A stretch of 64,000 nt of DNA, from the IMG/VR virus record IMGVR_UViG_3300032030_000005, positions 32,001-96,000 of that record; one strand, written 5' to 3'. The translations under genes and the position numbers were made by a program. This stretch comes from a virus (Duplodnaviria; Caudoviricetes). The notes under the pieces were generated by a model. That model worked only from the letters and a program-made list of their open reading frames with translations, searched no databases and was not told the DNA's origin. Positions 1-9,866 of the stretch are shown one piece after another. Each line of letters begins with the position of its first letter. The first letter of the stretch is position 1.

Positions 1-1
1 C

Positions 2-3000
2 AATAAGATATGTTGATGTAAGTGTAATATTTCTTGATGTATATTCATCATACCATACTTGAGACTGACCTATAATTGACATGAAGTATGTCTGATTTGT
101 GAAACCAGACTTCCAATCAAGAGCATCTTGTAATGTATTCTGAATCTTAGTATCAGCCCAATAGAAGAAGTCTTGTCTTTCATCTCTTGCGAGAGTAACG
201 ATAGCGTTCTTAATCGGGTCTTCATAGTTAGCATCAAGTACGTGATCGAATTCAAAGAGGTCCTTATTAAGAACATCTGGATTCCAAGTACCCTTATAAG
301 CCTTAATACGAATATCATTGATTAAATGAGTACGTTTCTTAAGAGCAGAACTTGTTGAATCATCATATGTGAAGCTACCATCAGAACCTTCAAGTAAGCT
401 GATAGGTGCAGAAATATCTGTAACAAGGTTATCATAGCAAAGAGTATTAAGACTAGCTAAAACTCTATCCTGCTTTGAGATATTTGTTTTAACGATTTCC
501 TTGTTTTCCTTTGCTAAGTTAACAGAATCTTCAATATCTACCTTACACATATAAGGATAATTAATAACTGGATCTGCTTCTGCTTCTGTACTATCTAATG
601 GTAATTTCTGATTATTAAATGTTACTTTAATAGCTTCATTAATGAGGTTTGTAACATCTGTTTGAGTTAATGAACCATCATTAAGATCAGAATTATAGTA
701 GTTCCAGATTTCATTAATAGAATATGAAGAACCATTATACTTAACAATTGTATTTCTAATATCAATAGTACCAATTAATGTATTGATAATGTCAGAGATA
801 AACTTTTCATTGATTAATACATTGATGATGCTATGGATATCTGAAAGCTGTGATAATGATTCAGAGAGAATCTGATAAATAACTTCATAACGTTCTTGCG
901 TTAAACCACCAGATACGTAACCATTCTTGATATCATCATAAATACTAATAAGTGATGGACCACCATAAATGGTTCTTCTAGGTTCACCATAATGGTTTTC
1001 ACCAGTAATATTAATAAGAATCTTTTCAAGAATTGGCATCATACCCTTATATGTAGTTTCATCATTTTCATCTCTACCATAAAGCTGAATATTATTAAGA
1101 ATACCAAGAGGGTCAACTTCCTGATTCTTTAATTCACTTTCAGTTGAATCAAAATAATATGCATAAGGCTTACCATTATCAACACGATCCATATGGATAA
1201 GGTTGTAAATAGTATATGTCTTATTAAGAACTGTATTGATAATATTTGTAATTAAGTAATTAGCTTCACTTACAATAGTATCCATAGCAGCATAAAGATT
1301 TTCAAGTGATTCAGTACCAAGAATAATTGAAGCATTTGCTTTAGCTAACTTAGTGCTAAGATCGAGAATATTATTTCTATGTACATTAAGTAATGTTAAG
1401 TATGTAGATCTAAGATCAAGATTATTATTAATTGTCTTAATTAAATACTTAAGTGAAGAATAGTTAGAGTAATCTGTAACAGAACCCATATTGTTAATAA
1501 TAGATTCAAAACCAGCTACAAAAACATTTAATAATGTAGTGATTGAGTAATCTGCATAATTTAAATCTTCAAACTTCTTAGTAGTAATATCATTGATAAT
1601 AGTATCTTTACCCTTACCATCTAATTCTTTACTAATTAATGAAGAATAACTTGCAACCTTATTAAATGAGTTAGTTAACTTACCATTTCTAAGTCTTTCA
1701 GAGAATACTTCATCAAATACAACATCATTAACATCATCTTTGCTGAAATAGAAGTTTGTAATAACGTTATTAACACTTGTTGATTCCCAAACAGGGCTAC
1801 CTGTTGAATAATTATCTCGTGTATCAACTTTTAAGTTAAATGCTGTTATTGCAATATTTAAAATTTCATATTTAGCAGTTGTATTTGGATAAATAATCTT
1901 ACCATTTTCACTCTTCTGATTTACAATTGTTTTATCATTAATAGCATTTGCAAATCTAATTACATCTGTTAATGCTACTTCTAAGTATGGTAAATAGCTC
2001 TTTCTATTCTGATAATCATTATAACCTCTAACATCAAGAATCTGATCGCTTGAGTGATCAACATTCTTAACGAGAATTAAATAGTTATCATAATTAGTAT
2101 CGCCAAACTTATCATAGATAGCCTTGATAAATTCATAGTATCCCTTAACAGTATAGAAGTTATACTTATCAGCTTCATCAGTTCTAATCTTAGTCTGGAT
2201 TTCTAATGAAAGATTATCTTCAATATTCTTATTGAGAACGAGATATGTATCATTGTAAATCTTATAGTTTCTACCACCAGTGATTTGTTCGTATTTTCCA
2301 TCTACAGCTGGATATAAATACTTATTAACAAGGCTGTTAAGATAGCAATCATCATATCTTTCACCAACCATAACAGTTGTTCCGTTGATTGGCTGATAGT
2401 GCTTATTACCTAATACATCATATACTTTAAGTGTGTTAGCATATGGGTTAGCTAACTTAGTATTAGGATCAAAGAGCTTAGTATCTACAATTGGAATATA
2501 AATATCATCTTCATATGTATCATCTACATACATTGGATAAAGTTCAAATGTTTCAGCACCATCATTATAATCATAATAACTGAATGTAGTTGTTCCATCT
2601 GAAGGGAAATACTTCTGAACTGGTGCATCATTCTGTACAGCTATATCTGCAAAGATATTTGATGTTACATAATCATAAATTGTCTTATTACCAAGTGTAA
2701 CACCTTCATTTGTAAGAGTTGTATAGGCATCAGATACATAAGAACCTAAACGTCTATAAACAGTCTTACTACTATTTGTAGAATAAATAGTATTAATTGG
2801 AGCTGATGCAGAAGTAATTGTATAATATTTATCAGCCTTTACAAATGGATCAGAAATTACAAAACCAGTATTATTGTAAATATCATAGTTTGCAACGAAC
2901 TGAACATACTTCATAAAGTTATGATAATAGCTGATAAGATGTTCGCCAGTTTTCTCAATGAAACCATCTGGTGTAATTGTGCTAGCCATTTCTGTTGAAG

Positions 3001-4432
3001 AAATATATACAGAATCTGTATCTTCATAACCAGTCTTAGTTGCAGTACCTACATAAACACCATTATTGTCCTTTAATCCTGGATTAATAATTTCCTGTGT
3101 TCTAAGATACCAGCTACTTGGCTTATTAACAGAACTACCAACTTGATCTGCTAAGAATTCATTCTTATCAAATGAATAGCTATACTGATCACAGTTTCTC
3201 TTATTAGAATAAATGAGATTATCAACCTTATCTAAGAGAAGTCCCTTTACATTAGAGAATCCACTTTCAATATTACCTGAAATAATCTTATTAAGATTCT
3301 GTGAAATTCTATCCTGAATAAGCCAGTTATAGAAACCTCTCATATAGTCAGTGATATATTTCTGATTGTTATAGATAATCTTACGTGAATTATCTGCAAT
3401 ATCAACGATATCTGCAGTTGTTTCATCATTATTAGAAATATTGAGAACGTATTCACCGTTATCTGTAAGTGCTACACCATTTGAAGAATACTTCATTAAA
3501 GCAATATGAACGTCTTCTTCCTTACCAGTTGATGAACTAAAATATGTTTCATAAGAACCATCAGGCATTACACGGCTCTTACCGCTAATTACATCAACAA
3601 TATAAGGATCTACTTCGTTATTAATAATAGAAGCGAGCTTAATATAGTTTTCTGTATTAAACTTAACTTTAACATATTCAGAGTAACTATTAACAACTGT
3701 TTCAATAAACATTGACTTCTGGCTATTTGGATCAATTGCATCTGGGTCAAATGATACAAAATATGGACCGTCAATGATATCGAATGTTGATGCAGAAGTA
3801 TATTTAATAACTTCAAAAGTATAAACTCTGCTTGTAATCATTCCATCATAAGAAGAATTTAAACGAATTCTAAAACCAAGATCGTTATAGTATTCACCTC
3901 TTCCTTCTGGATATACTGCAAAGATAAAGTTATCAAAATAACCATCTGTAGTTGGATAACTTGTACGATCTTCTGCTAATTCACTTTCTAAAAGTTTTTC
4001 AGAAGTATTATTAACACCGATGTATGCTACAACTGGTCTTAAATAAACGTCATTGATTTTAGTTTCATTACCATTTGAATCAATAACTGTTTTACCATTT
4101 GTTGAAGACTTGTACTGAATGTTAAAAACAGCGTGAGCATATCTAGCATCTTCAGGAAGAAGTCTCATAATAACGGCAGAGCCACCATTTGTTAACCACT
4201 TTTCGATGTTATAACCAGCTTGACCAAATTTCTTAATATTTGGTGAACCATATTTAAAAAGAAATTCATCAAGTGTTGTAACTTCTTGTAATACATTATC
4301 CTTACCATGATCGAATACGTCAGCTACAAAGAGAACTTCTCTATTTACTGATGTATCATACTTATAATTATCAGTAGTGATATAAGTCTTTATAGAAGGA
4401 TGAAGATACTTTAAAGTAATTTCACTAGGCAT
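2..4432 (-). CDS. Contractile tail sheath protein, unusually large (>1477 aa, 3' end outside the window)
   Basis: Not in the ORF track because no stop falls inside the window. ATG at 4432 (MPSEITLKYLHPSIKTYITTDN...LDEFLFKYGSPNIKKFGQAGYNIEKWLTNGGSAVIMRLLPEDA). The same frame at the left edge reads LLEGSDGSF...FDHVLDANYEDPIKNAIVTLARDERQDFFYWAD, typical of sheath N- and C-terminal domains. Late-type promoter at 4595-4606 (-). Confidence 0.85.
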   Translation of the reverse strand, partial: MPSEITLKYLHPSIKTYITTDNYKYDTSVNREVLFVADVFDHGKDNVLQEVTTLDEFLFKYGSPNIKKFGQAGYNIEKWLTNGGSAVIMRLLPEDARYAHAVFNIQYKSSTNGKTVIDSNGNETKINDVYLRPVVAYIGVNNTSEKLLESELAEDRTSYPTTDGYFDNFIFAVYPEGRGEYYNDLGFRIRLNSSYDGMITSRVYTFEVIKYTSASTFDIIDGPYFVSFDPDAIDPNSQKSMFIETVVNSYSEYVKVKFNTENYIKLASIINNEVDPYIVDVISGKSRVMPDGSYETYFSSSTGKEEDVHIALMKYSSNGVALTDNGEYVLNISNNDETTADIVDIADNSRKIIYNNQKYITDYMRGFYNWLIQDRISQNLNKIISGNIESGFSNVKGLLLDKVDNLIYSNKRNCDQYSYSFDKNEFLADQVGSSVNKPSSWYLRTQEIINPGLKDNNGVYVGTATKTGYEDTDSVYISSTEMASTITPDGFIEKTGEHLISYYHNFMKYVQFVANYDIYNNTGFVISDPFVKADKYYTITSASAPINTIYSTNSSKTVYRRLGSYVSDAYTTLTNEGVTLGNKTIYDYVTSNIFADIAVQNDAPVQKYFPSDGTTTFSYYDYNDGAETFELYPMYVDDTYEDDIYIPIVDTKLFDPNTKLANPYANTLKVYDVLGNKHYQPINGTTVMVGERYDDCYLNSLVNKYLYPAVDGKYEQITGGRNYKIYNDTYLVLNKNIEDNLSLEIQTKIRTDEADKYNFYTVKGYYEFIKAIYDKFGDTNYDNYLILVKNVDHSSDQILDVRGYNDYQNRKSYLPYLEVALTDVIRFANAINDKTIVNQKSENGKIIYPNTTAKYEILNIAITAFNLKVDTRDNYSTGSPVWESTSVNNVITNFYFSKDDVNDVVFDEVFSERLRNGKLTNSFNKVASYSSLISKELDGKGKDTIINDITTKKFEDLNYADYSITTLLNVFVAGFESIINNMGSVTDYSNYSSLKYLIKTINNNLDLRSTYLTLLNVHRNNILDLSTKLAKANASIILGTESLENLYAAMDTIVSEANYLITNIINTVLNKTYTIYNLIHMDRVDNGKPYAYYFDSTESELKNQEVDPLGILNNIQLYGRDENDETTYKGMMPILEKILINITGENHYGEPRRTIYGGPSLISIYDDIKNGYVSGGLTQERYEVIYQILSESLSQLSDIHSIINVLINEKFISDIINTLIGTIDIRNTIVKYNGSSYSINEIWNYYNSDLNDGSLTQTDVTNLINEAIKVTFNNQKLPLDSTEAEADPVINYPYMCKVDIEDSVNLAKENKEIVKTNISKQDRVLASLNTLCYDNLVTDISAPISLLEGSDGSFTYDDSTSSALKKRTHLINDIRIKAYKGTWNPDVLNKDLFEFDHVLDANYEDPIKNAIVTLARDERQDFFYWADTKIQNTLQDALDWKSGFTNQTYFMSIIGQSQVWYDEYTSRNITLTSTYLI

Positions 4433-4667
4433 ATTAATCACTTCGATTGTCTTTAATAATATAGATTATAAACTATAAAATGCTTAAGCTGAAGCATTTG
4501 ATGATTACTAAATTAGACAATCATTTCCTTTCTTCAAAAATTTTAGCTTATTTTTCATCTAGTAACCATATAATTAATAAATTTTATGGATTTATAAAAG
4601 AATGTTTAAGATATTGATATATTATTATATCAACAAACATTTATACTTTTATAAAGAGGTGATATTA

Positions 4668-5594
4668 ATGTTCGTTATTAATAAAGACAGATTCTTTGAG
4701 ATATTAACAACTATGAATAAAACATGTATGTTTAGAGATATTAAGGATAAGTATATAAAAGATGTACCTAAACTTAAGGAGATCTTTGAGTTCGTAGATT
4801 TAAATAAATATGACTTAGAATACTGTCAGAATAGATTAGTTGCTATTAAAGATAAAACAACACCTATTAATTTTATCCGTAATCTTATTATATGTCCATT
4901 TGATACCGAATTTGTATTACAGAGTGAAGAATGTGAAAATATCACTTATGAATTCCCTTCAACACTTAGAAAATCATATCTTACTACAGGTAATACAGGT
5001 GGTGAAAATGAATCATTATGTATTAAAGGATATATGAATCCATCTATATTAAATAGTATACTATTATATATGTTAGATACTAATTTAATTCCATCAGATA
5101 CTATGGTTATCTTTTCATTAAAGGCTAATACTACTAAATTTGATGCCGATGATATAATCGAATATTTACAGGTAAAAGGTCTTAATGATGTTAATAAAGG
5201 TATTGTAAATGTTATTAATTTAAATTATACTAGCTTAGATAAAGGTTATCCTAAGAAAGATTTTGCCGGAAAGATAGTTATTCAAAGTGATGATCCATCT
5301 TTTGCTAATTATGCTTTACGTAAATTTAATATAGATCAAAACTTTGATAAAACTTTAATTAATAATTTTGAAACATTTGTTAAACCAATGCCTAAAATTA
5401 AAGATAACTATTTAAAATTATTACAGTATTTTAGAATTCCATTATATATAGAAGATAGATTATTTATATTTACAGATAAGACTATTAATATGAAATATCA
5501 TGTAATATGTAATACTAATTTCTTAGTAGAATGGAATACTATTAATAATTATATTAATGAATTATATTATTATATAAAAAGAGGTGAATTATAA
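4668..5594 (+). CDS. Hypothetical protein, possible degenerate M28/M42 peptidase fold
   Basis: GAGGTG SD before ATG 4668, in frame with the track ORF at 4602. Motif order resembles an M28 fold but metal ligands are absent. Confidence 0.35.
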   Translation: MFVINKDRFFEILTTMNKTCMFRDIKDKYIKDVPKLKEIFEFVDLNKYDLEYCQNRLVAIKDKTTPINFIRNLIICPFDTEFVLQSEECENITYEFPSTLRKSYLTTGNTGGENESLCIKGYMNPSILNSILLYMLDTNLIPSDTMVIFSLKANTTKFDADDIIEYLQVKGLNDVNKGIVNVINLNYTSLDKGYPKKDFAGKIVIQSDDPSFANYALRKFNIDQNFDKTLINNFETFVKPMPKIKDNYLKLLQYFRIPLYIEDRLFIFTDKTINMKYHVICNTNFLVEWNTINNYINELYYYIKRGEL

Positions 5595-6154
5595 TGAATA
5601 AAGAACTCAAAAAAGCTTATTTAAAGTATTATCTTAAAGATACTGAAAACGCTTTATCTTTTAATGAATGGTTTGATTATTTATTAGAAAAAGCTGATGA
5701 ATTAGATGAATATAATTTCTTAAATGAAGATTTTATAGAAGCTGAAAAGTACTACGATGCTTTATGTGAAGATATTAATATCAGCTATTCTAATACTGAT
5801 AAAAATAAAAAAGAAGATAAAAGAGAAAAAAAATTAGATGCTGATAAAATTGAACAAAAATATAAAGACTATTGTAACAAAATGAAGACAAAAGGTAAAA
5901 AACCTTTACCTTATAGTGAATGGAAAGATAGACAAAATTTAGCTAGAGATTTAAAATTAACTATGGCAACTGCTGGTATTGCTGTTACTGGCGTTGCAGC
6001 TACAAAAATAGGTGGAGCAATATCTAGTAAAGCTGCTAAAAAAATATATAATGATAAACATGAAGTAAAATCTAAATCTATTGAATTTAGCACTCATGGT
6101 AAACGTAAAAAAACTACCTTTACTGCCAAAACTGAATACTACAATGATAAATGA
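5594..6154 (+). CDS. Putative virion (head) protein with Gly/Ala hydrophobic segment and basic C-terminus
   Basis: Acidic N-terminus containing YYDALCE, segment ATAGIAVTGVAAT, Lys-rich tail. Resembles 6195-6677 and 38229-39263. Confidence 0.45.
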   Translation: MNKELKKAYLKYYLKDTENALSFNEWFDYLLEKADELDEYNFLNEDFIEAEKYYDALCEDINISYSNTDKNKKEDKREKKLDADKIEQKYKDYCNKMKTKGKKPLPYSEWKDRQNLARDLKLTMATAGIAVTGVAATKIGGAISSKAAKKIYNDKHEVKSKSIEFSTHGKRKKTTFTAKTEYYNDK

Positions 6155-6157
6155 TAA

Positions 6158-6192
6158 AAAATCCTAAAGAGTATAATACTCTTTAGGATTTT
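6158..6192. terminator. Bidirectional intrinsic terminator (CCTAAAG family)
   Basis: aaaatcctaaagagta-taa-tactctttaggatttt between convergent genes. Confidence 0.85.
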
Positions 6193-6194
6193 AT

Positions 6195-6677
6195 TTATTT
6201 TTTAATTATATTATGGCATTTTTTACCAATATATTTGATTGTATTTTTACTATGTCTTATAGATGCATCTTTTGCTCTTAATGCTCGTCCTAATTTTATT
6301 TTATCTTTTTTACTTAAATTTTCTGGATCTCTTTTTAATTTATGTATAATGGCTTTATCTAATAAATCTTTTTTAGTTTTAGAATCATTTAACATACTAT
6401 CCACTCGTCTAATACTTTTTTTATTATCACTATGAACAGCTAATGCTCCACCACCAACAGCTAATGCTCCACCAGTACCAAGTATAATTTCTTTTTTATG
6501 TTTTTTCAAAAAATTTTTAATATCTTCATTTTCATTATCCGTATTTTTATCTACATGTTTTTCAGTAGATTTACTTTTAAATTTATCTTTAATTTTATCA
6601 AATATTTCATTTTCATTTAAATAAATATCATCTATAGCATCATAATAACCTTCTAAAAAAGCTTCTTCATAATTCAT
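6195..6677 (-). CDS. Putative virion (head) protein, EGYYDA family
   Basis: AAGGAG SD before ATG 6677 (MNYEEAFLEGYYDAIDD). Paralogous to the middle of 38229-39263. Late-type promoter at 6707-6718. Confidence 0.55.
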   Translation of the reverse strand: MNYEEAFLEGYYDAIDDIYLNENEIFDKIKDKFKSKSTEKHVDKNTDNENEDIKNFLKKHKKEIILGTGGALAVGGGALAVHSDNKKSIRRVDSMLNDSKTKKDLLDKAIIHKLKRDPENLSKKDKIKLGRALRAKDASIRHSKNTIKYIGKKCHNIIKK

Positions 6678-6706
6678 AAAATAACGCTCCTTTCCATACA
6701 ATTTAA

Positions 6707-6735
6707 TAATAAGTAGTTTAAGAAACTAATCTTTA
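6707..6735. promoter_or_regulatory. Back-to-back late-type promoters AACT-N6-TA
   Basis: AACT-ACTTAT-TA on - (6707-6718) and AACT-AATCTT-TA on + (6724-6735) between divergent genes. Confidence 0.6.
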
Positions 6736-6768
6736 TACTATTTAATTAATATAAAGGATGGTGAGTAT

Positions 6769-7506
6769 ATGCTTAAATTCTTTGAACAAGATGGAGAATC
6801 TATTAGATTTACTGGAGATATTCTTAATATTTATCTTCCTAAGAATTATTTTGAATCTAATGTAGCGTACTATGATGGTAATGAAGTAAATACTATAGCA
6901 TATTTCTTCTTTGAAGTAAAATCATTTGCTATGGAAGAAAAAGATGAATTGGGTCATATTTATACTTTTAAATTACCTGCAAGAATTGTTTTTGAATTTG
7001 ATGATAAGAATTCTAAGACAATAAATATTAAAGATACTGGAGATATTCAATATGATATATTGACTATGAATAAAGGTAGTTTATTTGTAAAGAATATTAA
7101 CGTAGAAAAATCTGCTACAAACGCTAAAGACTTCTTATATATGTTGCATAAAGGTAGATTTCCATCATTAATTCCTTATGATGAGATTATTAAAATTTAT
7201 ATGCAGAACTTATCTCTTAATGAAATGTCATTAGGATGTCAAAATTGTATATATGAATTAATGATAGGTGAATTAATGCGTAATAAGAAAAATCTTAAAG
7301 AACCTTTTAGAAAATCTATTAATAAAGAATCTGTAAATCCTCTCGATTATAAAAATATCAATATGAAGAATATAGCCTTCTTTAACTCAACATATACAGC
7401 TGTATCATTTGAAGATATGAATAAAGCCTTAGTTAGTGGTGTAGCTAAAGATATTACTAAAGAAAAAGAAATTCGTTCTCCTGTTGAGAAGGTATTGAAG
7501 TACTGA
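6769..7506 (+). CDS. Multisubunit RNA polymerase beta-prime C-terminal fragment (probably virion RNAP)
   Basis: YELMIGELMR and STYTAVSFEDMNKALVSG...RSPVEKVL align by eye with beta-prime EIIVRQM and SFISAASFQETTRVLTEAA...LKENVI. Confidence 0.65.
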   Translation: MLKFFEQDGESIRFTGDILNIYLPKNYFESNVAYYDGNEVNTIAYFFFEVKSFAMEEKDELGHIYTFKLPARIVFEFDDKNSKTINIKDTGDIQYDILTMNKGSLFVKNINVEKSATNAKDFLYMLHKGRFPSLIPYDEIIKIYMQNLSLNEMSLGCQNCIYELMIGELMRNKKNLKEPFRKSINKESVNPLDYKNINMKNIAFFNSTYTAVSFEDMNKALVSGVAKDITKEKEIRSPVEKVLKY

Positions 7507-7513
7507 TTAAAAT

Positions 7514-7541
7514 TCCCTAAAGAGTTAATGCTCTTTAGGGA
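7514..7541 (+). terminator. Intrinsic terminator (CCCTAAAG family)
   Basis: tccctaaagag...ctctttaggga followed by T-run. Confidence 0.8.
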
Positions 7542-7549
7542 TTTTATTT

Positions 7550-7565
7550 ATATATTATTACTATG
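7550..7565 (+). promoter_or_regulatory. Early-type phage promoter ATATATTAT-N4-RTG
   Basis: ATATATTAT-TACT-ATG upstream of the LRR gene trio. The same core recurs at many intergenic sites. Confidence 0.7.
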
Positions 7566-7618
7566 TAAAAAGTGTTAATATTAAAATATTAACTAAATAT
7601 GAAAGGAAGTAATAATTA

Positions 7619-8674
7619 ATGGAAATGGAAGGAAAATATTTAAAAGTACGCACATGCTCAGATATTAAAGCTTTTTGTAGACAGAATCATATTTTAGAAG
7701 AAGAATTTAATAATCCAGTAATTATATATGGTGATATGTCTGGATATGCAGGATATCTCTTAGGAGGTAAGAAATTTTTTAATAGTGAAGTAATTATTAA
7801 AGAAGGTGTTAAAAATTGTGAATTTTTATTTCATAATTGCAGCAAGTTTAATCAACCAGTTATAATACCTTCAACTGTTAAAAACTGCAATTCAATGTTT
7901 ATAGGTTGTACTGCATTTAATCAAGCGATTAATATACCGGGTACAGTTTATAGTTGTGATATGATGTTTCGTAGTTGCACATCTCTTAATAGCCCAATTA
8001 CATTAAATGAAGGAACTGACAGCTGTTCTGCTATATTTATGAATTGTACGGAATTTAATCAACCAGTTATAATACCTTCAACTATTAGAGGCTGTGTTCA
8101 GATGTTTCATAGTTGTGAAAAATTTAATCAACCTGTTACCCTTTCAGAAAATAATGACGATTGCACTGAAATGTTTATGCGTTGTTATTCGTTTAACCAG
8201 CCAATCACAATTCCAGAAAAAGTAATAAATTGTCATAGTATGTTTTGTCAATGTAAAAAATTTAATCAACAAGTAATATTACCAGAAAATCTTGAATGTT
8301 GCGATCAAATGTTTATATATTGTACTGCATTTAATCAACCTATTATAATTCCTATGCATGTTCCTATAACAGACTGTATTGAGATGTTTGATTATTGTGA
8401 TAGTTTAGATCCGGCAAATATATTATATTTAAATAACGGACCAAATTCTTGTGTTGTATGGTCTGGTCGGTTAGGTAGGATAAGAGACTTTTATACAATC
8501 AGAGTATGTATAAATGATAAATATTATAGTAACAGTATACTTTGTGATGAAAATATAAAAAATATCAAACCGTCTGAAGTTTATTATGATAAATATGATA
8601 ATTCATTAAAATTTAATCATAAACTAACTACTAAAAGATTAGCGAAGATGTTATTAAATGCAAATTTATATTAA
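7619..8674 (+). CDS. BspA/DUF285-like leucine-rich repeat protein 1
   Basis: About nine 22-aa repeats MFxxCxxFNQPVxIPxxVxxC. Confidence 0.85.
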   Translation: MEMEGKYLKVRTCSDIKAFCRQNHILEEEFNNPVIIYGDMSGYAGYLLGGKKFFNSEVIIKEGVKNCEFLFHNCSKFNQPVIIPSTVKNCNSMFIGCTAFNQAINIPGTVYSCDMMFRSCTSLNSPITLNEGTDSCSAIFMNCTEFNQPVIIPSTIRGCVQMFHSCEKFNQPVTLSENNDDCTEMFMRCYSFNQPITIPEKVINCHSMFCQCKKFNQQVILPENLECCDQMFIYCTAFNQPIIIPMHVPITDCIEMFDYCDSLDPANILYLNNGPNSCVVWSGRLGRIRDFYTIRVCINDKYYSNSILCDENIKNIKPSEVYYDKYDNSLKFNHKLTTKRLAKMLLNANLY

Positions 8675-8692
8675 AAAGGAGTTAAAAAAAAT

Positions 8693-9850
8693 ATGGTAAT
8701 AGTTAGAAACCGTTACAGTATCAAGGAATACTGTAAAGAACATGGTATTTTTGTAGATGAGTTCAATGAACCTGTAAAACTAGAACCGGACGGTTTAAAT
8801 TGTGATTGTTTTTTCGCAAATTGTCGTTCGTTTAATCAACCAGTAGAAATACCTAAAGGTATTATAAGCTGTGAGAATATGTTCTTAAGATGTGATAACT
8901 TTAATAGTCCAGTAACTTTCATTGGTAATACAGTAAAAAATGTTGAATCTATGTTTAATGATTGTAAGTCTTTTAATCAACCAATAGAATTTCCAAATAG
9001 TGTAGTTAATATGAAAAGTACGTTTTCAAGTTGTCGTAAATTCAATCAGAAGATTACAATACCTGAAAATGTAATGTATTGTGAACGTATGTTTGAATAC
9101 TGTTATGATTTCAATCAACCAATAGAATTACCTGATTGCGTTATTAATATGCAATCCATGTTTTCATGTTGTGAAAGTTTTAATCAATCGTTAAAAATAC
9201 CATTAGGAACTACATCTCTGTATTTTACATTTTATAAATGTATTAATTTAAATAAAGATATTATATTACATGATAATATATATAATATGTGTGATACATT
9301 TTATATGTGTAGTAAGTTTAATCAACCAATAACAATACCAAAATATATATATAATTTAAATAGTACATACTTTGGTTGTGAAAGTTTAAATTTAAATCAA
9401 ACGATTGATTTAACAAAATATAAATATTTAAATAATACGAATAACATGTTTAATAACTGTAGTAATTTAAAAATAGATGTGAAAATAAGTGATGCACAAA
9501 TAGTCAATAATGGTAATTGTCAGTGTATCTTTGATGCTAATAGTGAAAGTAATGTAATTACTAAAGATCTCAAAGAAATATTAAAAGACTGGAATAAAGC
9601 TAAACATTATACAAAAAATGGTGACTTATTAAAATTTAAAAAGATAATAATAAATGGTAATGAATATGACTATATATCAAAATATATTAGAAAATCTAAA
9701 CATGATCTATGGAAAATAAATTTTAAAAATACAACCATAGAATATATTAGTGATAAACCTTTTAGTGAAAAAAGGTTAGCTAAATATTTATTAGATGTTA
9801 ATTTATCATATCAGCGTATGGCTAATGCAATGTTACAAGGTATTTTATAA
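8693..9850 (+). CDS. BspA/DUF285-like leucine-rich repeat protein 2
   Basis: Tandem MFxxCxxFNQPI repeats; N-cap shared with neighbours. Confidence 0.85.
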   Translation: MVIVRNRYSIKEYCKEHGIFVDEFNEPVKLEPDGLNCDCFFANCRSFNQPVEIPKGIISCENMFLRCDNFNSPVTFIGNTVKNVESMFNDCKSFNQPIEFPNSVVNMKSTFSSCRKFNQKITIPENVMYCERMFEYCYDFNQPIELPDCVINMQSMFSCCESFNQSLKIPLGTTSLYFTFYKCINLNKDIILHDNIYNMCDTFYMCSKFNQPITIPKYIYNLNSTYFGCESLNLNQTIDLTKYKYLNNTNNMFNNCSNLKIDVKISDAQIVNNGNCQCIFDANSESNVITKDLKEILKDWNKAKHYTKNGDLLKFKKIIINGNEYDYISKYIRKSKHDLWKINFKNTTIEYISDKPFSEKRLAKYLLDVNLSYQRMANAMLQGIL

Positions 9851-9866
9851 TAAAGGAGATATATTT

